From contig CAXGAI010000002.1 of the NCBI GenBank assembly GCA_964007735.1, forward strand, positions 1 through 64,000: a stretch of DNA of 64,000 bases, written 5' to 3'. The DNA comes from an uncultured Rhodopirellula sp. (GTDB lineage: Bacteria; Planctomycetota; Planctomycetia; Pirellulales; Pirellulaceae). Made by a program: the position numbers and the translations under genes. Under the pieces are notes generated by a model, which worked only from the letters and a program-made list of their open reading frames with translations, was not told the DNA's origin and did not search any database. Shown in pieces: positions 40,385 through 49,138 of this stretch (position 1 is its first letter; every line of letters begins with the position of its first letter).

Positions 40385-43300
40385 TTACTCCTCCGAGGCA
40401 GCAGCGGCTGCCGCTGCTGCTGCTTCTTTAGCCGCTTTGGCTTCCTCCACTAACTTGGCAACTGATGCACGATCTTTTGCATAGTTGTCAAAATTCATCA
40501 GTAAGTCCACCAAAGCATTTACCGTTTCCGGACTATTACCATGAAACAGTTTGTAAGTCTGAATCGCGCCCAAGTGCTCTTGAGTACTATCGTAGGGTAC
40601 AATCACTGGCATGGCGGTATAAGGTAAAATGGCATTCGGTTTTGCAATCCAACGTTTTACATAATCTGCTCGCAACCGTTTGTGCACCAGACCAAGATCT
40701 GGAGCGAGCCCTTTAGGCGTTCCATTTGGCATAAAGTCGGCGACAGCATGACATTTCACGCAGTAGTCCTGACTTACGACGATCTGCATTGCATCCGCAA
40801 GACGATCACCAGGCTGAGCACCTTCATTACGATTAACGTATGCCGCATCCGCTTCTGCTAAGTGATCGCCATTTACACGATAATCGTGTTCATAAGGGTA
40901 AATCGCGTTATCACGGGCGGCAAAGTAATTAACAATCTTAGTTGCTTCGTCACTCGACATATTGAACTTGGGCATTCGCAATACAACTGCTGGCCGAATA
41001 CTATAAGGCTCTAAGAGGAAGTCATGGAACCATTGGTTCTGTACTTTTGCCCCTTCGCCCACTAAAGGCGGAGCAACCCAGGCCCAGCTTTCTGAACCTT
41101 TCGCCTGAGGATTTGACAACCTCTCACGCTGTGTCACATAGGGCAACAAATATCTCGAAAGGACTCCTCCATACGCATTGGAACGATTTGCCACAGCGGC
41201 TGGCTGAATCCGTGAAACATTAGACCCAGATGCGGCAATTCCACCCTTTAATGGGCTTGCTGCCCACAACTGGAACTGCAACTCCCCAACGCCCTTCAGT
41301 TGGAATGGATCTTCGAGATATTCATCAATCGGGTCACCAAATTCAGCATCCGTTGCTGAGGGCAGGCCGGAATTACCAACCGTTGGCATCCCAGCGATTG
41401 TCCCCACGGTTCGGTCACGATCGTTCGGCTGACTGGCCGCATCAATTTCCTCCTGACTATAGGGAGGAACCATAAAGGGATACTCTTTCGTCAGATCCAC
41501 ATGCTGTGCCAACAAAGTTCCAAGTTGATCTTCGGTCATATCGAGTGTCCATTTCTCAGCTTCCAGAATATGACAACCGGCACAATTATACTTGTCGATC
41601 ACCTGCTTACCTTCAATCAACGCTTTCGCACGCGAATCTGGCTGATACAGATACTTGGTTCGCGGCGGATCAGCTATTAACCCAAGCACAAAGGTGATAA
41701 CAGCTTCACGGTCTTCCGTACTGAACGGAAACAGAGGCATACGTAGGCGATCGTTGTACCTGATTCCATCTGTCTTGTGATAGTCATACGAACGAGGTTC
41801 ACGAAGCTTCTGATAGATAAACCCTGTACGGTTATGAGCATGTAACTGATGATGGTAGAAATCACTCAACTCATCATCATAACGATTAGGACGAACATCA
41901 CGAGAACCGTGGGCATTACCCTCAGTTATTTCTGAAGTCTCTTCACTATGAGCAGACCCAGCATGGGCGTCAGTCTCCTGGCCATGCGTGTGGTGATTCT
42001 CCAAATACTTCGCGATATGCCCAAAGTCCAGTTTAGAAGGATCTTTACGTCCCCAATCTGCCAGCCCTGCACCAATTGGCTTCGCATCTTCGAACCCCGG
42101 AATATCGTGACAAGCATAACAACCATATTTGCCTAATGCTTTACGGCCAATATAAACCAGCTTCGTATCGATACTCAAAGGAGAAGAAGTGTCTCGTCGC
42201 AATTCCTCTTCGGAGACTTTAATTCCCGTCGCATTCAGGGGGATACCATTCTTCGCATATTCCTTAGCTACGGCATCATAAAAGGAATCGGTAAGATTAA
42301 CCAACAGTAAATCTTCTAAGGCTTCACCCAATTCTCCTCCCTCTTGAACCGCATTAAGAGAGAAATCTTCATCAGCCACATGCCATTCGCTACCTTCACC
42401 CAACAGATATGTCACGATATCCAAAACAGGGTCAACTAAAACATCATCTCCAGCCGAATCTTTAATTACTTCTTCATCGATGTACAAATTAGGCATTACT
42501 GTTCTGGCATGGTATTTTGTCGGTTCCTTAATCCAACTGTAGAGCCACTTATCAGCGTCAGCAAAACCAGCAAACTTACCTCCCAAATCTGAGAGATCAG
42601 GTCCCTGAACCCACTCGCCTTCAGGTCGGAATTTTTCTATCTCTGCCAACTGTGGATCGTTATGGCTATGGCACGCCAAACAACCTCGTTCCTGAAAAGC
42701 AACCTTTCCACGAGCCACATCTCCCTGCACCCCTTCGGATGGACTCAAGTAATCAAATTCCTGAGAGTATGCCTTGAGGTATTCGACCATGCCTAGAATT
42801 TCAACCTTCTCAAATTTCTTGGCGTCATCATCAGATTTGTTATCACCAAAGTGCGAGTGCAAATTAAAGAACCGAGGCATTCGACTACTGGGACGGAAAT
42901 TCTGTGGATTCGCAATCCAGTCATACAGGAATTTATCGCTGTTTTTCTTGGACAAATAACGCAAACTCGGGCCAGATTTACGCAAAGAACCTGGAGCCTC
43001 TATGTCAGCTAAAACCCCAATCAGACGATTACTTTCAGCCGTATCTATCTTTGGCTCCGGGGAAGCGATGTCAGCTTTGAGAACATTCACTAAGTCATAA
43101 CGAGCCTGATTGTCTTCAGGGTGACTTACCAATCTGTTCGCAAATTCCATCGATTCTACCCCTAACTCGCCAAAGCCTTCCTGACTTTGTAGTTGCAAAG
43201 CCGCTGCAAAGTAGTTTGGTTCAAGACGCAGGTCTGGACCAACGCGTTTGTCAGCACCAGAATAACCGTTCATTTCATGGCACCCATAACAACCAAATTT

Positions 43301-45214
43301 ACGAATAGTGTTATATCCGCGTACAACTTTTGGCGCTGGAGCCTCCGGGAATCTAAGACTTGGTTCCAATTCAGTCACATCATGGTGACATTTTAAGCAT
43401 GTCGACTCAATAAAACGTTTTGGATGCTGCGGGTAAATCCAGTGATGATTATCAAACCAACCATGCTCTTCCATCCAACGTTTTCGGTCCAATTCACTGT
43501 CAGGCATGTGTGATGCCCACTTAAATTCAGTCGCACTTCCCTGCCCTTCATGACAAATTGTGCAAGCAAAATCGGATACCTTATGGGGGCTGAGCGAACC
43601 AACGAAAAGGTCAAGTCGAGGGTGGCTGGCAAATGGGTGTCCAATACCTCGTCGCACAACAAGTTTCAGTTCTGTTTTGGATGCATCCTGCTGAACATCA
43701 AGTAGACGTGCCGCTACCACGTCAGGATTAACCACAGGGTCACCATCAACACTCACAATGACGTCACCGACCTCCAACCCTGCACGAGTGTGCCGCGCAA
43801 GCGTACTATTCTTGATCGGGCTCGCATCGGTTTCAGACTGCAATAATGCCTTTAGAATCTCTTCGCCCGTGAATTCTTCATCCAGATTGAGAGCTTCAAC
43901 GATTTCAGCTTTCTTAGCCACCGAGTTTGGAGCCACATAAGAGATGGTGACATCGTCTGCACTATAAAGTCCTCTCGGTGAGAACCGCAAACCATATCCG
44001 TACTCAGCCAACGACTGCTGACGTTCTTGGGCTTTCCCACCAATCGGTCGTAATTCCTGCAGAGGATTGCCTTCATCATCAGCTTCGACGCTGCCATCAT
44101 TGCCAATCCTATCCTGGAGTGCCGTCGGCGGAACCTGCAGGACAATCTCGATCATTCGGTCTGATACAAAACCAGGTTCTGTAGCCTGGCCGGGGACGGA
44201 TTTTTCCATCATTTGATGACAAGTTGTACAACGGTCAAAACGACGAACCTTCTTAAAGTTATAATCCTGTTCAAGATCATCGCTCCAAAGGTTATCAATA
44301 TCCAAAGGCCCATTGAAAGCATCAAGGATCGGAAGTTCCAACCAGGCCTTCCCCAGCCACTTGCCTTCCCATAATGCTGAATGGCTAGTACTGATGGCAT
44401 CATTCAGACGCACTTTATCGGCATTCACTTCATCGAGAGCTTTTTGCGATTCACGAACAGAAGCCTGAAATTTGTTGGCAATTGCTGCCAATTGACGACG
44501 AAAGTACGTTGCCTTTTCATACTTCAATTCATAGGCATTTAAGCCGTCTGATGGATTTTCAAGGATCTCCTCTAATTTATCTTTAAGACGCGACTGTCCG
44601 TCTTTATCGTTAGCACTAAACGCAATACCCAATTGCGACGCCGTTTCATCCCGGTTAGCTCTTTTGAACTTCGTATCGGAAAGAATCTTATCCTCTTTAG
44701 CTTTCAGCAAGCGAACGGCTTCACTTAAAGCGAAGGCCATCGCTTCACGAGCTGCGATCCGTTCTTCCGGCTGCCTATCTTCATCATCACGCTGCCATAC
44801 TGACTTGGCGTCTTCCAAATCTTTTACAAAATCGGCCGTAATAAGCGCTGCCAATTCCATAGCCCCACTAGCTTCCGGATCACCTTCGGCAGCTTTCAGA
44901 GATTCCGTCTTGCCCAGAAACTCTAAAAACTCGTCTACAACTTCCGCACCTTCGGTGGTACTCCCTTTCGCATTCTCAAGTCCGATTTTAGCCACTTCCA
45001 AACGGCCCAGCACATCCGCAGTCTGACTTTCCATCAATCGCCACTGACTAACCGTAAGATCAATAGCTCGAGCTTCCTTCTGGTATTCTTTCCACGGGCG
45101 ATCGTGGTCTTTCCAGAACATCCAAACCGTGGAGAGCACCAAGATGACTGACGTGACGGCAAAAGTCACATGCATCTTCTTGATGTCGCGTACTGTTTTG
45201 TCAGTTGCAGGCAT
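40385..45214 (-). CDS. Membrane-anchored multiheme cytochrome c (8 CxxCH), 1609 aa, with coiled coil and PDZ-like insert
   Basis: CTTCH, CTICH, CLKCH, CYGCH, CLACH, CYACH, CAGCH, CVKCH; single N-terminal TM; AGLEVGDVIVSVDG. Confidence 0.92.
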   Translation of the reverse strand: MPATDKTVRDIKKMHVTFAVTSVILVLSTVWMFWKDHDRPWKEYQKEARAIDLTVSQWRLMESQTADVLGRLEVAKIGLENAKGSTTEGAEVVDEFLEFLGKTESLKAAEGDPEASGAMELAALITADFVKDLEDAKSVWQRDDEDRQPEERIAAREAMAFALSEAVRLLKAKEDKILSDTKFKRANRDETASQLGIAFSANDKDGQSRLKDKLEEILENPSDGLNAYELKYEKATYFRRQLAAIANKFQASVRESQKALDEVNADKVRLNDAISTSHSALWEGKWLGKAWLELPILDAFNGPLDIDNLWSDDLEQDYNFKKVRRFDRCTTCHQMMEKSVPGQATEPGFVSDRMIEIVLQVPPTALQDRIGNDGSVEADDEGNPLQELRPIGGKAQERQQSLAEYGYGLRFSPRGLYSADDVTISYVAPNSVAKKAEIVEALNLDEEFTGEEILKALLQSETDASPIKNSTLARHTRAGLEVGDVIVSVDGDPVVNPDVVAARLLDVQQDASKTELKLVVRRGIGHPFASHPRLDLFVGSLSPHKVSDFACTICHEGQGSATEFKWASHMPDSELDRKRWMEEHGWFDNHHWIYPQHPKRFIESTCLKCHHDVTELEPSLRFPEAPAPKVVRGYNTIRKFGCYGCHEMNGYSGADKRVGPDLRLEPNYFAAALQLQSQEGFGELGVESMEFANRLVSHPEDNQARYDLVNVLKADIASPEPKIDTAESNRLIGVLADIEAPGSLRKSGPSLRYLSKKNSDKFLYDWIANPQNFRPSSRMPRFFNLHSHFGDNKSDDDAKKFEKVEILGMVEYLKAYSQEFDYLSPSEGVQGDVARGKVAFQERGCLACHSHNDPQLAEIEKFRPEGEWVQGPDLSDLGGKFAGFADADKWLYSWIKEPTKYHARTVMPNLYIDEEVIKDSAGDDVLVDPVLDIVTYLLGEGSEWHVADEDFSLNAVQEGGELGEALEDLLLVNLTDSFYDAVAKEYAKNGIPLNATGIKVSEEELRRDTSSPLSIDTKLVYIGRKALGKYGCYACHDIPGFEDAKPIGAGLADWGRKDPSKLDFGHIAKYLENHHTHGQETDAHAGSAHSEETSEITEGNAHGSRDVRPNRYDDELSDFYHHQLHAHNRTGFIYQKLREPRSYDYHKTDGIRYNDRLRMPLFPFSTEDREAVITFVLGLIADPPRTKYLYQPDSRAKALIEGKQVIDKYNCAGCHILEAEKWTLDMTEDQLGTLLAQHVDLTKEYPFMVPPYSQEEIDAASQPNDRDRTVGTIAGMPTVGNSGLPSATDAEFGDPIDEYLEDPFQLKGVGELQFQLWAASPLKGGIAASGSNVSRIQPAAVANRSNAYGGVLSRYLLPYVTQRERLSNPQAKGSESWAWVAPPLVGEGAKVQNQWFHDFLLEPYSIRPAVVLRMPKFNMSSDEATKIVNYFAARDNAIYPYEHDYRVNGDHLAEADAAYVNRNEGAQPGDRLADAMQIVVSQDYCVKCHAVADFMPNGTPKGLAPDLGLVHKRLRADYVKRWIAKPNAILPYTAMPVIVPYDSTQEHLGAIQTYKLFHGNSPETVNALVDLLMNFDNYAKDRASVAKLVEEAKAAKEAAAAAAAAASEE

Positions 45215-45289
45215 TGTTAGTCTACTTCTGCTTTCTCTTACAGTGCTAAGTCTTTATATAGTTACGAATCGAATCCGAAATTCGGTTCA

Positions 45290-46678
45290 CTAGAAGTTAA
45301 TAAAATACTCGGGAATCGCGATAAAGTACTTCATACTTAATACCCAACGGGCGAGCATCTTGATTGGAAGCAAGGCCATCCAAAGCATCAAATTCATCAT
45401 CACCATATAACGAATCAAACCCATACGTTTATACATTGGCTGAAACAAGCGTTTCTTATCCCACAATGCCAGCAAGGGCGGCAAAATGGCAAAGTATCCA
45501 ATCAACAGGATAATTCCGACACACTCGCGCTGAGCGATCACGAAAGCCTTCGTAAGGAACGGTGCTTCAGGATCTGGCTTCGGTAATGGCTGGCCCAACA
45601 TTTCGACCCACACATACTGAGATAAATCGACATTATTCATTGCTTCAACAGCATGGGAATCCCAGTACTCATAGAACCCGAAGAAATTCCAGTTCGGACC
45701 ACGAAGAAACGTCCCCATAATGATCAGCGTGACCCATAAGACCAAAAATCCAAACTGGAAGGTCAGATAGGCAAACTTACGCTCATTAATGGTGTAGTAA
45801 CCATTTCCTTTTTTATTAAAGTCGATGTATGGAATCGCCATGAGACCGGCAACAATCATACTTGGCAGTACCACACCAGCCATCCACGGGTCGTAATAGA
45901 CAAGCATTTCCTGCAATCCGAGGAAATACCACGGGGCTTTCGACGGATTAGGAGTCTTGACCGCACTGGCAGGTTCTTCAAGCGGGGCCTGCAGCACGAT
46001 CGCCCACAACAACAAGAGGGCCGTCAAAGCCACCATGCAAATCAATTCGGTATAAACCAAGTCCGGCCAAACGAGCACTTTCTCCCGCTCAGTTTCTGTC
46101 GCTTCCAAAGGCAATTCACCATTAGCAATGCGTCTGTCATTTTCCACAGCCTTAGAGGTTGCCAACCATGTGAAAAACGCCAACAGGAAGATCAAGCCAA
46201 CGATCGGCACATTATCGGGCTTCGTGACAATCGCGGCAAAATCTGAATCCGCCATGGAAAGGCCCATAAAGAGCATCATTCCATTAAGGCCTAGCCAGGC
46301 AATATTTGGCCGAACGAGAACTTCCCGATACTGGAACATTACCAACAAGATAACAAGCGAACCTAACGAGTAGGTCGTTGGAGACATGAGACTATCAACC
46401 AGCCCCTTGATCGTTTCATTAAATGAAATGTATCCAATGATATTCTCATTACCACTGGCAACCATCGCTGCAAGGACTAGCGTCACGATTGCAAGTCCAG
46501 ACCAGGCCAGCGCCTGTTTTGACTCTCCCTTTTGCTTCCATCTATAGAGAGCGAACAGTCCATTCATCGCAGCAATCAGTACGTAGTACCCGCAAAGGAA
46601 CCCGCTCAACTGGGACAGAAATTCTTCGTATGTTATACCGTGCATGGCGTGCTTTTTATTTCTAGTTGCCAGCCCCAC
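45290..46678 (-). CDS. Cytochrome b C-terminal subunit (subunit IV/PetD-like) with extra TM helices
   Basis: VWPDLVY, APLEEPA...TPNPSKAPWYF, PYID. Possible alternative start at 46645. Confidence 0.85.
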   Translation of the reverse strand: MGLATRNKKHAMHGITYEEFLSQLSGFLCGYYVLIAAMNGLFALYRWKQKGESKQALAWSGLAIVTLVLAAMVASGNENIIGYISFNETIKGLVDSLMSPTTYSLGSLVILLVMFQYREVLVRPNIAWLGLNGMMLFMGLSMADSDFAAIVTKPDNVPIVGLIFLLAFFTWLATSKAVENDRRIANGELPLEATETEREKVLVWPDLVYTELICMVALTALLLLWAIVLQAPLEEPASAVKTPNPSKAPWYFLGLQEMLVYYDPWMAGVVLPSMIVAGLMAIPYIDFNKKGNGYYTINERKFAYLTFQFGFLVLWVTLIIMGTFLRGPNWNFFGFYEYWDSHAVEAMNNVDLSQYVWVEMLGQPLPKPDPEAPFLTKAFVIAQRECVGIILLIGYFAILPPLLALWDKKRLFQPMYKRMGLIRYMVMMNLMLWMALLPIKMLARWVLSMKYFIAIPEYFINF

Positions 46679-46728
46679 AAATCAGGCCAGCATCATTCAT
46701 GCATTAATAAATCAGGTTAATTCCACAA

Positions 46729-47505
46729 CTACATTGGCCCACTGATACCACCGTCCTTACGGACTCGCCAGAAGTGGATTGCCAGAAGCAATGCCACACC
46801 CAACGGGATAGCGATACAATGCAACACATAAAAACGATTTAATGTTTCTTCTCCCACGAATCGAGCACCAAGTAGCCCGAATCTTGCATCGGAGGCGTTC
46901 GTAATCATATCAATGCCCCCCACGGTAAGCAGTTGAGCCCCCGGCCCCTCATACCCGAGGAACGGAGTCGCGCGAGCCATGTTCGACCCCACAGTAATAG
47001 CCCAAATAGCCAACTGATCCCATGGCAGTAAATAGCCTGTAAATGACATCAACAAGGTAAGCAGCAGCAGTATCACCCCGACCACCCAGTTAAACTCCCG
47101 GGGCGGCTTGTAGCTTCCCGTGAGAAACACCCGGTACATATGCAACCAGACGGTAATCACCATGGCATGAGCCCCCCACCGATGCAATTCGCGCAGCAAT
47201 CCTAAGGAGGTCGCATCTCGGAGCGTTAATATGTCCGTGTAGGCCCACTCAATCGTTGGACGATAGTAAAACATCAACAAAACGCCGGTGATGGTTTCCA
47301 CCAAAAACAGGAAAAAAGTAACACCACCCATACACCAGGTGTAGCTTAGAGCAATCCCCTGCTTCTTGGCAGAAACAGGATGAAGATGAAGGAAGAAGTT
47401 CGTCAGCATGACAACAATTCGGTTACGTCGGTCCACAGGAGCCGCGTGCCGAAAGATACTCTTCCAGATCTGAGAGTTTCGAATAATATCACCGAGTGAA
47501 GGCAT
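46729..47505 (-). CDS. petB: Cytochrome b6-like N-terminal subunit
   Basis: [20 protein letters not shown]...[18 protein letters not shown]...IH. Confidence 0.93.
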   Translation of the reverse strand: MPSLGDIIRNSQIWKSIFRHAAPVDRRNRIVVMLTNFFLHLHPVSAKKQGIALSYTWCMGGVTFFLFLVETITGVLLMFYYRPTIEWAYTDILTLRDATSLGLLRELHRWGAHAMVITVWLHMYRVFLTGSYKPPREFNWVVGVILLLLTLLMSFTGYLLPWDQLAIWAITVGSNMARATPFLGYEGPGAQLLTVGGIDMITNASDARFGLLGARFVGEETLNRFYVLHCIAIPLGVALLLAIHFWRVRKDGGISGPM

Positions 47506-47552
47506 TGATCAATTTAACCTGTATCAAACTCTAAGGTGCCACAAACTAGTTA

Positions 47553-48683
47553 CTAAACGCTCACATAAGAACTGGAGTCAGCCCACTGACCCAGCTCCTC
47601 ATTAAACTTGGTACTCTTATCCACTTCCAACTGGCCGTCATCTGAAAGCCGAATGGCATATCGCTCCAACGGTCGCGGAGCAGGCCCTTCAAAGTTAACC
47701 CCATCCTTGTAGAAACCACTACCATGACATGGGCACTTAAACTTCTGCTCACCTTCCAACCAGTTAGGCGTGCATCCCAGATGAGTACAAACTGATTTAA
47801 GTGCATAAATCTGAGCCTCACCTTCATATTCGTATCGCACAATCCAAACACCAAACTGTGCTTTATATTTCGCTTCGACCTGACCAGGGGCATACGCGTC
47901 AGGAAATCCAACTTTGAATTTGGTCGGCGGCTCCGTCAATACATTTGGGAACATGAATCGAGCAAGCCCCAGCAACCAAAGCAAGCTGGTGATCGCCATT
48001 GAGGTAAAACCCACTGCCAAAGGAGCACCAAAAAGAACACCTACCGTAGCACCAAAGAAACTACGTCGGTCTGTGGCATCAGCTACAACCGGAGCTGGCT
48101 TGGGCGGCAGGAAATCTTCACGTCGCGGGGCAGGAGGTAATTCGATCGGCGGCTTACGCGCTGGCTTTGCAACTCCCTCTTCCGCCGTCTTGACTGCATC
48201 TTCCACTCGCTGCGGTCCACGCTGGTTTCCCTTACGAGCAGCCGCAAGGATACTGGCTGTGTCACGCGGTCCAGTCTGAGTAACCGACTCTTCTTTCTTA
48301 GACGCTGCAGTTGCTGCAACCTTTGAGGCCCCCGGCTTGGGTGTCGCAGCAGCCTTAGGAGTGGCCGCTGATTCACCGGAGGCACTTGTTCGAGCGGCTG
48401 CTAACATGTCAGCCACCGACATCTTCGAAGGATCCATTGGAGCAGGCTCTGCTGCAGCCTCTACAGCTGCTTCCTCTTCACCAGAAGCGCTGGCGCGAGC
48501 AGCAGCCAACATATCAGCTACCGACATATTCGAAGGGTCAATTGAAGCAGGCTCTGCCACAACTTCTTCTGCCGCAGCTTCTACAGAAGCGTCCTCTTCA
48601 GGAGCAGGAGCGGAACCCCCCTCTCCATCCATCTCACGGCACCGAAGCAGAATCTCTTCAACTGTTAAGTCTTTATCAGCCAT
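47553..48683 (-). CDS. Rieske [2Fe-2S] subunit of the cytochrome b complex with ~200-aa low-complexity N-terminal extension
   Basis: CTHLGC and CPCHGS, GPAPRPL; internal twin-arginine DRRSFF followed by a TM helix. Confidence 0.93.
   Translation of the reverse strand: MADKDLTVEEILLRCREMDGEGGSAPAPEEDASVEAAAEEVVAEPASIDPSNMSVADMLAAARASASGEEEAAVEAAAEPAPMDPSKMSVADMLAAARTSASGESAATPKAAATPKPGASKVAATAASKKEESVTQTGPRDTASILAAARKGNQRGPQRVEDAVKTAEEGVAKPARKPPIELPPAPRREDFLPPKPAPVVADATDRRSFFGATVGVLFGAPLAVGFTSMAITSLLWLLGLARFMFPNVLTEPPTKFKVGFPDAYAPGQVEAKYKAQFGVWIVRYEYEGEAQIYALKSVCTHLGCTPNWLEGEQKFKCPCHGSGFYKDGVNFEGPAPRPLERYAIRLSDDGQLEVDKSTKFNEELGQWADSSSYVSV
48373..48582 (-). repeat. Two-copy 105-bp (35-aa) intragenic repeat in the Rieske N-terminus
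   Basis: DPSNMSVADMLAAARASASGE and DPSKMSVADMLAAARTSASGE lie 35 aa apart. Confidence 0.85.
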
Positions 48684-48873
48684 AAGTTAATTTGCCTATG
48701 GTCTACTTTAAATATCAACACTTAAGTATCCAAACACAGCCTAAGAGTAATTCACGTTCAATCACTCCGCGGTCCTCGGGAGTTGGCGGGCCATACCCAA
48801 TAGAATTACGGCGGTGCATCTACAACACAAATTCGACCAAACGAACGGCAACGCGTTAACCGTCGAGCCTACT

Positions 48874-48891
48874 TTGTGATTTTTTTCACAA
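48874..48891. promoter_or_regulatory. Palindromic operator TTGTGA-N6-TCACAA (Rex- or CRP/FNR-family-like)
   Basis: ttgtgatttttttcacaa, ~190 bp upstream of the first respiratory gene. Confidence 0.7.
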
Positions 48892-49096
48892 TTAAATCGA
48901 ACGAAAAACCAACAGGGGATAAACCACATGAACAAGCTCTTAGCTCTTACGAGCAGCCACCACTGTTGTCATTCTATTAACCGTATTTCCCTTAGTTTAT
49001 CAACCGTTGTTAAGTGAACGTAGTACCCTACGGCTAGGAAACTACGTATTTTCAAAAAATCTTTGGTCTAATTTACCACTGATATAACCGAGGAAC

Positions 49097-49112
49097 TGTG
49101 ACACTTGTCACA
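49097..49112. promoter_or_regulatory. Second palindrome TGTGAC-N4-GTCACA (TGTGA-N6-TCACA)
   Basis: tgtgacacttgtcaca in the same intergenic region. Confidence 0.55.
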
Positions 49113-49113
49113 A

Positions 49114-49138
49114 ACTCTAAAGAGATACCCTTTAGAGT
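49114..49138 (-). terminator. Hairpin overlapping the purD stop codon, possible terminator
   Basis: actctaaag-agatacc-ctttagagt, perfect 9-bp stem; U-tract is weak. Confidence 0.4.

Noticed and set aside
40385..45214. Hydroxylamine/hydrazine oxidoreductase or anammox marker
   Set aside because: Eight hemes alone are insufficient: they are spread over ~1160 aa with Met-ligand-type modules, there is no CxxCK, and the context is an aerobic oxidase.
27075..48683. Alternative complex III (ACIII) call
   Set aside because: No ActB molybdopterin/Fe-S or ActC/NrfD-type subunit; Rieske and cyt b motifs are explicit.
48337..48690. Ala/Ser-rich plus-strand ORF with repeats
   Set aside because: Antisense shadow of the low-complexity Rieske extension.
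48928..49017. 29-aa plus-strand sORF (MNKLLALTSSHHCCH...) after a GGGGA element
   Set aside because: Short, no recognisable family, lies in a probable promoter region; compatible with chance without Ribo-seq or conservation data.
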